This document shows, in pieces, positions 1 through 8,864 of a DNA stretch of 64,000 bases. The translations under genes were made by a program, and so were the position numbers. This DNA is from Spirochaetota bacterium (GTDB taxonomy: Bacteria > Spirochaetota > UBA12135 > COTS27 > CBDBHE01). How positions within the stretch are numbered: the first letter of the stretch is position 1; each line of letters begins with the position of its first letter. The stretch is from NCBI GenBank assembly GCA_965205605.1, contig CBDBHE010000007.1:480001-544000 (forward strand), in the 5' to 3' direction. The notes under the pieces are model-generated. The model did no database searches, was not told the origin of the DNA, and saw nothing but the letters and a program-made list of their open reading frames with translations.

Positions 1-563
1 TTAATGTTGTGTGGTGTCCTATTTCTAATATTTTTATGTTTGATGATACCGCTAATATTAAAGCTTTTTTAAAGGCAGGGGTCAATATTTGTATTGGAAC
101 GGATTCACCTATGTCAGGGGGAATGAATTTGTTTGAAGAGCTTATAGAAGCGAAGAAGATTTATAAAAAAATGCATGGACAAGTAATTTCAGATCAAATT
201 CTTTTTAAAATGGTGACGATCAATTCAGCCAAAGCTTTTGGGTTTAATCCTTATTTAGGCAGTATTACAGAAGGAAAATTTGCTGATTTAATTATTTTAA
301 AAAATGATTCTCATGGGGATCGATATCGTCAACTTGTTAATGCTAAGATTACAGATTTAGAAATTGTTTTCAGATCTGGAATTCCTTTGTTTTTTAAAGA
401 GAAATATAAAAAATTTATCAAAAAAAAAAAGTATTATCAAAAAGTGGTTATCGGTGGTCAACTTTATTATTTGATTGGCAAGCCCTTAGATCTTAAAAAA
501 AGAATTAATAAAATAGTTGGTTTTGAAAAAAAATTATCTTTTTTTCCTATTTTCCCTGTATAA
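1..563 (+). CDS. Amidohydrolase family protein (C-terminal part; 5' end lies before the window)
   Basis: WCPISN, IGTDS, TINSAKAFG and GSITEGKFADLIIL motifs typical of the metal-dependent amidohydrolase C-terminus; the frame is open at the window edge. Confidence 0.85.
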   Translation, partial: NVVWCPISNIFMFDDTANIKAFLKAGVNICIGTDSPMSGGMNLFEELIEAKKIYKKMHGQVISDQILFKMVTINSAKAFGFNPYLGSITEGKFADLIILKNDSHGDRYRQLVNAKITDLEIVFRSGIPLFFKEKYKKFIKKKKYYQKVVIGGQLYYLIGKPLDLKKRINKIVGFEKKLSFFPIFPV

Positions 564-572
564 TATTTAATT

Positions 573-649
573 AACTGAGAGTAAACTGAGAGTAAACTGA
601 GAGTAAACTGAGAGTAAACTGAGAGTAAACTGAGAGTAAACTGAGAGTA
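573..649 (+). repeat. Perfect tandem repeat, 7 x 11 bp (AACTGAGAGTA)
   Basis: Read directly; fills almost the whole gap between the stop at 563 and the ATG at 654. Confidence 0.98.
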
Positions 650-653
650 AATC

Positions 654-1247
654 ATGCCATTTGCTAAAGAATTTAAAAAAAATTCAATTATTTATTTTGA
701 TGGTGATCATAAAGATCACAATGCATTTTTATTAAAAAGTGGCATTTGTACTCGAACAAAAACGTCTTCTGAAACAGAAGAGTTGGAAGTTACTCGTTTA
801 AATATAGGTGAGTTTTTTGGAGTGAAATCTGCTTTAGGTCGTTTTAGGCGTGATGAAACGGTGCAAATTAAAGAGAAGAGCGTGGTTTATATTTTTACTC
901 CAGGTGAATTTGAACAAGTGATTAAAAAAAATATTAGTGTTATTTTTAAAATTTTACGTGCTTTTTCTAATGAATTAAGATCCATTCACAGAGCTATTGA
1001 AAGCACTTTAAGAGGACAAACTTTTGGAGTGTCTACTTCAGAGGATGATAAATTTAAAGAAATCGGGGATTATTATTTTTCTAAAAAATTATACATGCGT
1101 TCTTTGTATGTGTATAAACGTTGTTTGAAAATAGAGCCAAACACGCCTTATAAAGAAGAAATACTTAAAAAAATAGAAGATATTAAAGAGTTAACTTCTT
1201 CTTTAAATGAAGAAAATACTTCAACAAAAATTAATCAAGAGACTTAA
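654..1247 (+). CDS. Cyclic-nucleotide-binding (Crp-like) protein with a C-terminal TPR-like segment
   Basis: KNSIIYFDGD and GEFFG..SALG..R cNMP cassette; C-terminal EIGDYYFSKK..Y..CLKIEPN TPR-like helices. Confidence 0.8.
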   Translation: MPFAKEFKKNSIIYFDGDHKDHNAFLLKSGICTRTKTSSETEELEVTRLNIGEFFGVKSALGRFRRDETVQIKEKSVVYIFTPGEFEQVIKKNISVIFKILRAFSNELRSIHRAIESTLRGQTFGVSTSEDDKFKEIGDYYFSKKLYMRSLYVYKRCLKIEPNTPYKEEILKKIEDIKELTSSLNEENTSTKINQET

Positions 1248-1252
1248 ATCAA

Positions 1253-1909
1253 ATGGTAGATGTATTTGAAAAGCATGCAGTTTTTAAAAAAAAGGGAGAA
1301 ATTGTTTTTTGTGAACATGAAATTGGAAACACTCTTTTTTTTATTCAAGATGGGTATGTTCGTCTTAGTAAAATAGCTTCTAATAAAGAAAAAACGCTTG
1401 CTGACTTAGGCCCTGGTGAAATTATTGGGGAAATGGCTATTTTAGAAAAAATGCCTCGATCAGCGACTTGTATTGCTTTAACAGATGTTAAGTTTTTAGA
1501 GTTAGGGAATGAAAATTTTTCTAAATTAGTTGAGTTTAAACCTGAAATAGGGGTCAAGTTACTTAAAATTCTTTCTAATCGAATTAAAGATCAAAAAAGA
1601 AAACTTAAAATCATTCGTTTACCAGATGATGAACTGAAAATCATTGATACATTTTTAATGTTAGATGAAAACTCTCATCACAATAGTGATGAACATAGCG
1701 ATGTAAAACGAGAACAAATTTTTGAAATTGATGCAGAAGATTTAGCTAGTTGGTCAGGGATGTCAGCAGCTAGTTGTGGTAATATTTTAAAAACATTAGA
1801 ACGCACAGGTAAGATTTCTTGTGAAAGTAATAAAATCAAGGTTTATAATATCAATCATTTCCGCTTAGTGATTGAATCCAGGCGAAGGCTAATGGGTAGT
1901 AGAAGTTGA
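1253..1909 (+). CDS. Crp/Fnr family transcriptional regulator
   Basis: GEIVFCEHE and [20 protein letters not shown] cNMP domain; C-terminal HTH-like [10 protein letters not shown]. Confidence 0.9.
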   Translation: MVDVFEKHAVFKKKGEIVFCEHEIGNTLFFIQDGYVRLSKIASNKEKTLADLGPGEIIGEMAILEKMPRSATCIALTDVKFLELGNENFSKLVEFKPEIGVKLLKILSNRIKDQKRKLKIIRLPDDELKIIDTFLMLDENSHHNSDEHSDVKREQIFEIDAEDLASWSGMSAASCGNILKTLERTGKISCESNKIKVYNINHFRLVIESRRRLMGSRS

Positions 1910-2958
1910 TTAAACAAGCTGAAGGCTTTGTTAAACGTTATAAAACTCTTCAAAATCGTTTCGCTACGATCGATTTTAAAAATAAAGACGATAAAGACCT
2001 TTTAATCGAATTTAAAAAAATAAAACCTATTGTTGAATTATATCAACAATTGTTGTCTGTTCAAAAACAAATCGTTGATTGTAAAGAGATCTTTTGTTCT
2101 AATAAGGAATCAAACGACTATAAACAAATCGCTTTTGAAGAAAAAGAGGCCCTTGAAATTAAAGAAAAAATTCTTTTAGAAAAGCTCAATCTGTTGTTGA
2201 CTCCAGAGGATCCTTATAATAAAAAAAATGTTATTATCGAAATTAGAGCTGGCACTGGTGGAGATGAATCTTCTTTATTTGCTTATGATCTTTTTCGAGC
2301 TTATTCTTTTTATATTGATAAGAAGAAGTTTAAATTAGAGATAATGGCTTATTCGACTTCGGATACTAAAGGCTATAAAGAAGTTGTTTTTTCTGTCAGT
2401 GGCCATAATGCTTACAAGTACTTTAAACATGAAACAGGTGTCCATCGAGTCCAGCGTGTGCCCGAAACAGAATCAAGTGGTCGCATCCATACTTCAACAA
2501 TAACCGTTGCCGTTCTTTTAGAAGCAGAAGAAAATGAAATAGACATTAAAGAAAATGACCTTAGAATCGATACCTATCGAGCAAGCGGTTCAGGAGGTCA
2601 ACATGTTAATAAAACAGATTCAGCTGTTAGGCTTACTCACTTGCCAACAGGTATTGTTGTTACTTGTCAAGATGAAAAATCTCAAATAAAAAATAAAACA
2701 AAAGCCATGAAAGTCCTTAGAGCACGTATTTATGAAAAACATCTTTTAGAAGAAAAACAAAAACAAGATTCTTTAAGAAAACAACAAGTCGGTACAGGTG
2801 AGCGATCAGAAAAAATAAGGACTTACAACTTCCCTCAAGGAAGAGTTACCGATCATCGGATTAATAAAACTTTTCATAAACTAGACCTTTTTTTAGAAGG
2901 CAATATGGATGAAATGATTCAAGCTCTTTTACTAGCTTCTACTGAATTAAAAGACTAA
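1906..2958 (+). CDS. prfA: Peptide chain release factor 1
   Basis: [20 protein letters not shown] (PxT) and [13 protein letters not shown] motifs; followed by prmC. Confidence 0.97.
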   Translation: MIKQAEGFVKRYKTLQNRFATIDFKNKDDKDLLIEFKKIKPIVELYQQLLSVQKQIVDCKEIFCSNKESNDYKQIAFEEKEALEIKEKILLEKLNLLLTPEDPYNKKNVIIEIRAGTGGDESSLFAYDLFRAYSFYIDKKKFKLEIMAYSTSDTKGYKEVVFSVSGHNAYKYFKHETGVHRVQRVPETESSGRIHTSTITVAVLLEAEENEIDIKENDLRIDTYRASGSGGQHVNKTDSAVRLTHLPTGIVVTCQDEKSQIKNKTKAMKVLRARIYEKHLLEEKQKQDSLRKQQVGTGERSEKIRTYNFPQGRVTDHRINKTFHKLDLFLEGNMDEMIQALLLASTELKD

Positions 2959-2979
2959 TTTTTTTTTTTAAAAAATTTT

Positions 2980-3819
2980 TTGTTTAAAAAAATTAATTTA
3001 TTTGCATTTCGTTTTTTTTTACTTCGTTTTTTTTCTCTTAATCAAAACGATCTCGATGTTCTTTTTTCTTTTAGGCTTAAAATCGCCCATCACTTACTTT
3101 TAATAGAAGACAAAAGTCTTTCTTTTTGGGATTGTTGTTGGCTTTTTTTTCAAAGTTTTCATTTACATCGTCATAAACCGCTTGCTTTCATTATTCAAAG
3201 TGTTTTTTTTTATGAAAATTTTTTTTTGGTTAATCGACATGTTTTAATTCCAAGACCCGAAACAGAAGAATTAGTAAACTTGGTTTTAAAAAACAAAACT
3301 TCTTTTTTTGAGAAAAGACTACTTGATTTGGGAACAGGGTGTGGGAACATTGCTATTTCTCTTAAGAAAAAAATTAATAGTTTAGATCTGTATGCACTTG
3401 ATATTTCTAGAAAAGCTTTAAAGATGGCTTCTAAAAATGCAAAAAAAATTTTAGGATTAGGTCATGGGATCAAGTGGCTTCATGTTGATTTTTATCAATC
3501 ATCATTTTTTAACTTAAGGCTTTTTGATATTATCGTTTCCAACCCCCCTTACGTTGCTACTAGAGAAAAACAAAGTTTAGATCCTTCTGTTTTAAATTAT
3601 GAGCCTCACTTGGCTTTGTTTGCTGGCATTGAAGGGCTTGATTTTTATACAAGACTTTCAAGCATCATTCCTTCACTTTTAAAAAAAGGAGGATGGCTTT
3701 ATTTAGAAATAGGAAAAGGACAGGATAAGGCGATTGTGAATTTATTTTGTTTTTTTTCTTTCCATAATATAATGACCGATATTAATGGGGTGAAAAGATT
3801 TTTTGTTGGTAAACTTTAA
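2980..3819 (+). CDS. prmC: Release factor glutamine methyltransferase HemK/PrmC
   Basis: VLIPRPETEELV, LDLGTGCG, SNPPY and EPHLAL motifs; adjacent to prfA. Confidence 0.95.
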   Translation: MFKKINLFAFRFFLLRFFSLNQNDLDVLFSFRLKIAHHLLLIEDKSLSFWDCCWLFFQSFHLHRHKPLAFIIQSVFFYENFFLVNRHVLIPRPETEELVNLVLKNKTSFFEKRLLDLGTGCGNIAISLKKKINSLDLYALDISRKALKMASKNAKKILGLGHGIKWLHVDFYQSSFFNLRLFDIIVSNPPYVATREKQSLDPSVLNYEPHLALFAGIEGLDFYTRLSSIIPSLLKKGGWLYLEIGKGQDKAIVNLFCFFSFHNIMTDINGVKRFFVGKL

Positions 3820-3845
3820 ATTTAAATTAAATAGGAGTTACTATT

Positions 3846-4802
3846 TTGAATATTTTATTTTATCTAAAAAAAAAACAAATGATTATTTTAATGATTTTGT
3901 TTTCTTTATGTTTTTTACTGGGTCTTTATCGGAATCTTTTAGTTTCTAATAAACACACGATTACAAAAATCACAACTTCAAATTTTGCTCATCCTATGAA
4001 AAAAGGAATTTATGTTCTAGAAATTTTTTTTCCTATTTATTACGCAAGAAAAGCACATACAGGGGTTGCTTTTTGGGTCAAACAAATAGAAAAATGCCAA
4101 AAAGATCCTAATATTTTAGGCCTTTTACTACGTATCAATTCTCCAGGGGGATCGATTGGAGCTTCTCAAGAAATGTATGAAGCTTTAAAACGATTTAAAA
4201 AATCAGGGAAAAAATTAGTCGTTTCAATCATTGATATTTGTGCTTCGGGAGCTTATTATATTTCTCTTCCAGCTGATAAAATTGTTGCCAATCCAGGCTC
4301 TTTAATTGGTTCTATTGGAGTGATCATGACAACGCCTAATCTAAGTAAGCTTTATAAAAAATGGGGCATCGGTTTTAATGTCATTAAATCAAAAGAAGAT
4401 AAAGATATTTTTGCAAGTTATCGAGACATGAAAGATGAAGAAAGAAATTTTCTTCAAAGATTGGTAAGCGAAATGCACCAACAATTCATCACAGAAGTCG
4501 TTTATTGGAGAAGTATTAAGTCTTCAACTAACATCATTCGTAAAAGAGCCAGTGGGCTAGTGTATTCAGCAAGTCAATCAAAAAGTTATGGATTTATTGA
4601 TGAAATTGGAGATTTTGATAAAGCGAAAACCATTTTAGCTGATTTATGTGGTTTGGATAAAAAAAATCTTGTTATTAAAAATCGAAAATTTAATTATGAA
4701 AATTTTTTTTATTTACTTCCTTCTACAGATTTTTTTTCCTCTTTCTTTAAAAATCTTTTTTTTGAAAAACAACCTTCTCCTTTAGAGTATAAATTACCTT
4801 GA
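3846..4802 (+). CDS. sppA: Signal peptide peptidase SppA (S49, short form)
   Basis: LRINSPGG, CASGAYYI and GSIGV motifs; N-terminal TM segment. Confidence 0.92.
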   Translation: MNILFYLKKKQMIILMILFSLCFLLGLYRNLLVSNKHTITKITTSNFAHPMKKGIYVLEIFFPIYYARKAHTGVAFWVKQIEKCQKDPNILGLLLRINSPGGSIGASQEMYEALKRFKKSGKKLVVSIIDICASGAYYISLPADKIVANPGSLIGSIGVIMTTPNLSKLYKKWGIGFNVIKSKEDKDIFASYRDMKDEERNFLQRLVSEMHQQFITEVVYWRSIKSSTNIIRKRASGLVYSASQSKSYGFIDEIGDFDKAKTILADLCGLDKKNLVIKNRKFNYENFFYLLPSTDFFSSFFKNLFFEKQPSPLEYKLP

Positions 4803-5284
4803 TTTTTCTTTTAAAACTGATTTATCGAAACCCTCGTTTTTATTATTTTATTTTAACTTTCTCTGTCTTTCTTACTTTTTCAAAAACTCCTTTTTATCAA
4901 GGACTTTTTATCTTCAAGTATCTATTATTTGCGCTATTTCTTTTAATGCTAATTAAAACTTTTTATTTATTTTTTTGTCATAAATTATTTAAAACATTAC
5001 CCCTTTCTTCTTTTAACAAGAAAGTGGTTTATCATCTTTTTTTATCTAATTCTTTATTGTTTTTATTTTTACTCCCTTTAAGTTTTCTTTTTGAAAATCG
5101 AATGATTTCTTTTTTTCTTTTTTCTTTTAGCTTTTTTATTTACTTTTTTAGTGTTTTTAAAAAACTTTCTTTAAAATTAAGGACTTCTTTCGGGTTTCTT
5201 TTTGGGACTTTTTTTTATTCTTCTTTTTTAATGACATTTGTTAGCTGGGTTGTTTTTCTTCCTTGGTTGTTTTTATTTTTGTGA
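4799..5284 (+). CDS. Hypothetical Phe/Leu-rich membrane protein
   Basis: About 4-5 hydrophobic segments; 4-bp overlaps with both neighbours. Confidence 0.55.
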   Translation: MIFLLKLIYRNPRFYYFILTFSVFLTFSKTPFYQGLFIFKYLLFALFLLMLIKTFYLFFCHKLFKTLPLSSFNKKVVYHLFLSNSLLFLFLLPLSFLFENRMISFFLFSFSFFIYFFSVFKKLSLKLRTSFGFLFGTFFYSSFLMTFVSWVVFLPWLFLFL

Positions 5285-6402
5285 TTCTTATTTATCGCTA
5301 CATTTTAAGATCTTTTTTTTTCCCTACTTGTATAGGAATTGGTTTCTTCACTTTTATTTTTATTATTAATAATATAGGGCGTTTAGTTTCTCTTTGTTTA
5401 GAAAAAGGAGTTTCTATTTTGATTGTTTTACAGCTTTTCGTTTATATGTTGCCTTTTACAGCTGCGGTGACGGTACCGATGGGGGTGTTGTTTGGGGTAT
5501 TAATGGTTTTAGGCCGTTTTTCTGAAACGTCTGAAATTATTGCCATGAGAGCAAGTGGATTTTCATTGTATTCGATTTATATTCCTACTTTTTTGTTTGG
5601 AGCGGTGATGTCGATTTTGATGTTTTGGTTTATTAACTTTGTTATGCCAGAAAGTAATTATCGTTATAAAGCCCTTTATCGTAATGTGATTTATTCTAAT
5701 CCAAGTATTTTAATTGATGAAAGAGCATTTTCTGATTTCCCAAGTTCGAATAAAGCCGATAAAAAAATATCTGCTCTTAATATAACAGACAATAAAAAAA
5801 TTTTACACTCTGTGTTTCTTTATGAATTTGATAAAAGAGATCAAAGTGTAAAAATCACTTACTCTAAAACAGGGGTGTGGTCTAATAATACAATTAATGC
5901 TCCCATTACTACTTTAAATCTTCAAGATGGGAAGACACTTAATATTAGTTATGATGATTTTAAACAAATTAGACAAGTTACTTTTGATGAAATTAAAATT
6001 AATATTAAAAAAAAAATAAGAGGAATTCAATCTGTTAAAAAAGGTCCTAAAGAACAGTCTGTTTTTGAAGTGAGTCGACGAATCAATGATTTAAAAAAAA
6101 ATAAAAAAAAAGTAAACGCTCGTCTTTGGGTAGAATATAATAAGAAATTTTCTATCCCCATGGCGTGTCTTATTTTTGTGATTGTGGCGTTTCCTCTTGG
6201 GATTAATTTTGATCGTAGTGGTCGAGGAGTTAGTTTTGGGCTTTCGATTATTGTGATTTTCGCCTATTATATTTTAATGACTTTAGGAGAAAGTTTAGGG
6301 TATAGGGGGATTATTTCTCCTATAATCAGTATGCATATCCCTAATTTTGTTCTTCTTGTAGCAGGTTTTGTTTTGTTTTACTTTAAGCTAAGGAAAAATT
6401 AA
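5281..6402 (+). CDS. lptF: LptF/LptG family LPS export permease
   Basis: ILIYRYILR start, SETSEIIAMRASG and KFSIPMACL..PLG motifs; 3 TM - periplasmic domain - 3 TM layout; GTG at 5281 is the likely start. Confidence 0.88.
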   Translation: MILIYRYILRSFFFPTCIGIGFFTFIFIINNIGRLVSLCLEKGVSILIVLQLFVYMLPFTAAVTVPMGVLFGVLMVLGRFSETSEIIAMRASGFSLYSIYIPTFLFGAVMSILMFWFINFVMPESNYRYKALYRNVIYSNPSILIDERAFSDFPSSNKADKKISALNITDNKKILHSVFLYEFDKRDQSVKITYSKTGVWSNNTINAPITTLNLQDGKTLNISYDDFKQIRQVTFDEIKINIKKKIRGIQSVKKGPKEQSVFEVSRRINDLKKNKKKVNARLWVEYNKKFSIPMACLIFVIVAFPLGINFDRSGRGVSFGLSIIVIFAYYILMTLGESLGYRGIISPIISMHIPNFVLLVAGFVLFYFKLRKN

Positions 6403-6516
6403 AATTATTTTAGAAGATAAATTTAGGGGATAAAAAGCTCATTTCTCCTATAATAAAGATGTAGATAGCTCATTTAATTTTTTTATCTTAAATAACAAGC
6501 GAGGACTAAAGTTGTT

Positions 6517-8040
6517 TTGAGTTTTAAATTTTTACTTATTTATTTCGTTTTCTTTTTTTTTATGATGACAAAAGGTTTTTCTACCTCTTTTGAAAAAAAA
6601 AGTTTTTTAGAAATCTACAATGAAATTAAAACTAATTTACTTCTCATAGAGTCTAATTATCAGCTTTCTAATTATCGAGATACTAACTTTATTGTTTCTA
6701 ATGAAGTTTTAATTAATTTTATTGATAAAAAAAAAAAGCAGTTTTATCATCAAAATAATTTAAATCAGTGGGTTGAATTTTTATCTCTTGGGGCAGAGCA
6801 TTATTTTGAACAAAAACCTTTAGTGTATGTTGGTTTAAAAAATCAAAACCCAGAAAAATATCAGATTATTTTAGAAAAAAACAATCAACAAGCTTTTAAT
6901 TATTGGCAACGTATTATTAATTTAGATCTTGAATTTCTTTTAAAATCTAAAAAAAAAGAAAATTATACTCACTATACCCCTGTTTTTAAAGCTAAAATAC
7001 TTTTTAAAGCTTTTAAAATGCATCGATATGGGTTTCAAGTAAAGCTTATTTCTGCTAAAGATTTTTATCGTATTTATGAAACTTATGAACCTTTTTTTAA
7101 AAAAAAAATGCGTTATGGGACCGATTGGCGTAAGAATCTTTTTTTGTATGCTTATCAAAATAATAAAAAAGCACTTTTTAAACAACTTAGTGATGATCAA
7201 TCTTTCGTTAAAAATGAATTTTATTATAAAACTCTTTTTAACTTAATGCGTTTTAAAGAAAGTAAAGATAAGCAACAGCAATATACTGCTTTTAAAAAAA
7301 TTATTACAGATACTAAAACAGAAGATACTTTTAATGCTTCTTTATCAGATAAATATTATAATTTAGCCAATGAAGCCGCTTATCACTTGCATGAAAATTT
7401 TAAAACGAGATCGTTTTTGCTACTTTCTGATAATGAAAATGATTTATATCAAGCCATTGATTTTTATAATAAAGCCATTGAGCTAGGAGAAAATATTCAT
7501 GAAAGCCTTTATAATAAAGGACTCATTTATATTAAACTAGGTGAATATATTAAAGGTGGTTTTTATTTAAAAGAAGCTTTAGCCAAACGAACTCATTATA
7601 AAGTGCTTTATGCTTTGGGGCTCAATTATATGAAATTTAGAAATTATAAAGAAGCTTATTTATTTTTAAAAGAAGCTTCTTACCATAAAAAAACGCCCCA
7701 ACTGTATAATAACTTAGCGATTTGTCGTCTTAAGGCTAATACTTCAGCTAATTTTTTTAGTTCGAATGATTTAACTCCTTTAGAATATATTAATTTAGCC
7801 ATTGAAATGGATCAGAGAAATTTTATTTTTTATAAAACAAAAGCACTTGTTTATAAAGCTAAAAAGGACGATAAAAAACATAGGCAATTTATGTCAAAAG
7901 CAAGGCAAGTTTTAAATTTAATTGGAAAAGATGATTATGCTTTCTTTCAAAAACAACAAATGCTAATTTCGACTAATAAAATTCCAAAAATACTTTCAAC
8001 AGAAATAAAAAAAATTAAAAACACTTTGAAAAAAAAATGA
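6517..8040 (+). CDS. Exported tetratricopeptide repeat protein
   Basis: Signal-like N-terminus; TPR patterns SLYNKGLIY, LYALGLNY and LYNNLAI. Confidence 0.75.
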   Translation: MSFKFLLIYFVFFFFMMTKGFSTSFEKKSFLEIYNEIKTNLLLIESNYQLSNYRDTNFIVSNEVLINFIDKKKKQFYHQNNLNQWVEFLSLGAEHYFEQKPLVYVGLKNQNPEKYQIILEKNNQQAFNYWQRIINLDLEFLLKSKKKENYTHYTPVFKAKILFKAFKMHRYGFQVKLISAKDFYRIYETYEPFFKKKMRYGTDWRKNLFLYAYQNNKKALFKQLSDDQSFVKNEFYYKTLFNLMRFKESKDKQQQYTAFKKIITDTKTEDTFNASLSDKYYNLANEAAYHLHENFKTRSFLLLSDNENDLYQAIDFYNKAIELGENIHESLYNKGLIYIKLGEYIKGGFYLKEALAKRTHYKVLYALGLNYMKFRNYKEAYLFLKEASYHKKTPQLYNNLAICRLKANTSANFFSSNDLTPLEYINLAIEMDQRNFIFYKTKALVYKAKKDDKKHRQFMSKARQVLNLIGKDDYAFFQKQQMLISTNKIPKILSTEIKKIKNTLKKK

Positions 8041-8846
8041 TTTCAATAAAGATAAAATTCTTTTTAAGTTTTTTTTTAATTTTAAAATTAATAACAGCCA
8101 CTTCTTTAGAATGGTCTCTTCATTTAAGTAAGGCTCAAAATGCTTATGATCAAGGGAAGTTAGATGAGGCTCATTTAATTTGTAAAAAATTAATTGAAAA
8201 AAAAGTCTATAAGGGAGAAGCTTATTTTTTATTAGGGCGCATTCATTTTGATAAAGAGTTTTACCGTATTGCAGATATCCAGTTTGATTTAGCTGAAGAA
8301 AATGAAAGTACTTTTATACTGCCTGAAAATAAACTAAACCTTTATTTTGCTGTTGCTGCTAATAGTTATTATCTTAAAAACACCCCAAAACAAATCACTT
8401 ATTTAAATAAAATTATCACTTATTCTAAAAATCGACTTTTAAAAAGTAAAAGCCTTATTTATAAAAAATTTTTGGGAGAAGCTAGCTTTGCTTTAGGGTT
8501 ACTTTATTATTATAGAGAAGACTTTTTAGAAGCAAAACGTCATTTAACCATTGCCATTCAAAATGATTTTAATTTAAAAACAGCTTATTTACTTTTAGCT
8601 TATTATTATTGTCACTCTTCTCAAGAAGAGATTAACAAAAATGCAAAGATTTTTTATAATAATCCATCTAAAATTGAGAATAAAGAATCTTTTTTTACAT
8701 TTTACTTTAAACGCTATGAAGAATCTATCCTAAATGAATCAGAAATTGATCTTCTACAAAGTTCAAAGTATCGCTTGATGATTTCAGATGTTGAATATTA
8801 TTACTTAGCTTTAAATTCAAAAACAATCACTAATCATTCTAAGTAA
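8037..8846 (+). CDS. Exported TPR protein
   Basis: Signal peptide; EAYFLLGRIH and ASFALGLLYY TPR patterns. Confidence 0.7.
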   Translation: MISIKIKFFLSFFLILKLITATSLEWSLHLSKAQNAYDQGKLDEAHLICKKLIEKKVYKGEAYFLLGRIHFDKEFYRIADIQFDLAEENESTFILPENKLNLYFAVAANSYYLKNTPKQITYLNKIITYSKNRLLKSKSLIYKKFLGEASFALGLLYYYREDFLEAKRHLTIAIQNDFNLKTAYLLLAYYYCHSSQEEINKNAKIFYNNPSKIENKESFFTFYFKRYEESILNESEIDLLQSSKYRLMISDVEYYYLALNSKTITNHSK

Positions 8847-8864
8847 AACCTCTTAAAACAAAAA

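Noticed and set aside
573-649. CRISPR array or TPP riboswitch (contains CTGAGA)
   Set aside because: The 11-bp units are contiguous with no spacers, no cas genes are present, and no other riboswitch elements flank the motif
467-655. 62-aa minus-strand ORF with a repeated peptide
   Set aside because: By-product of the tandem repeat, antisense to real genes
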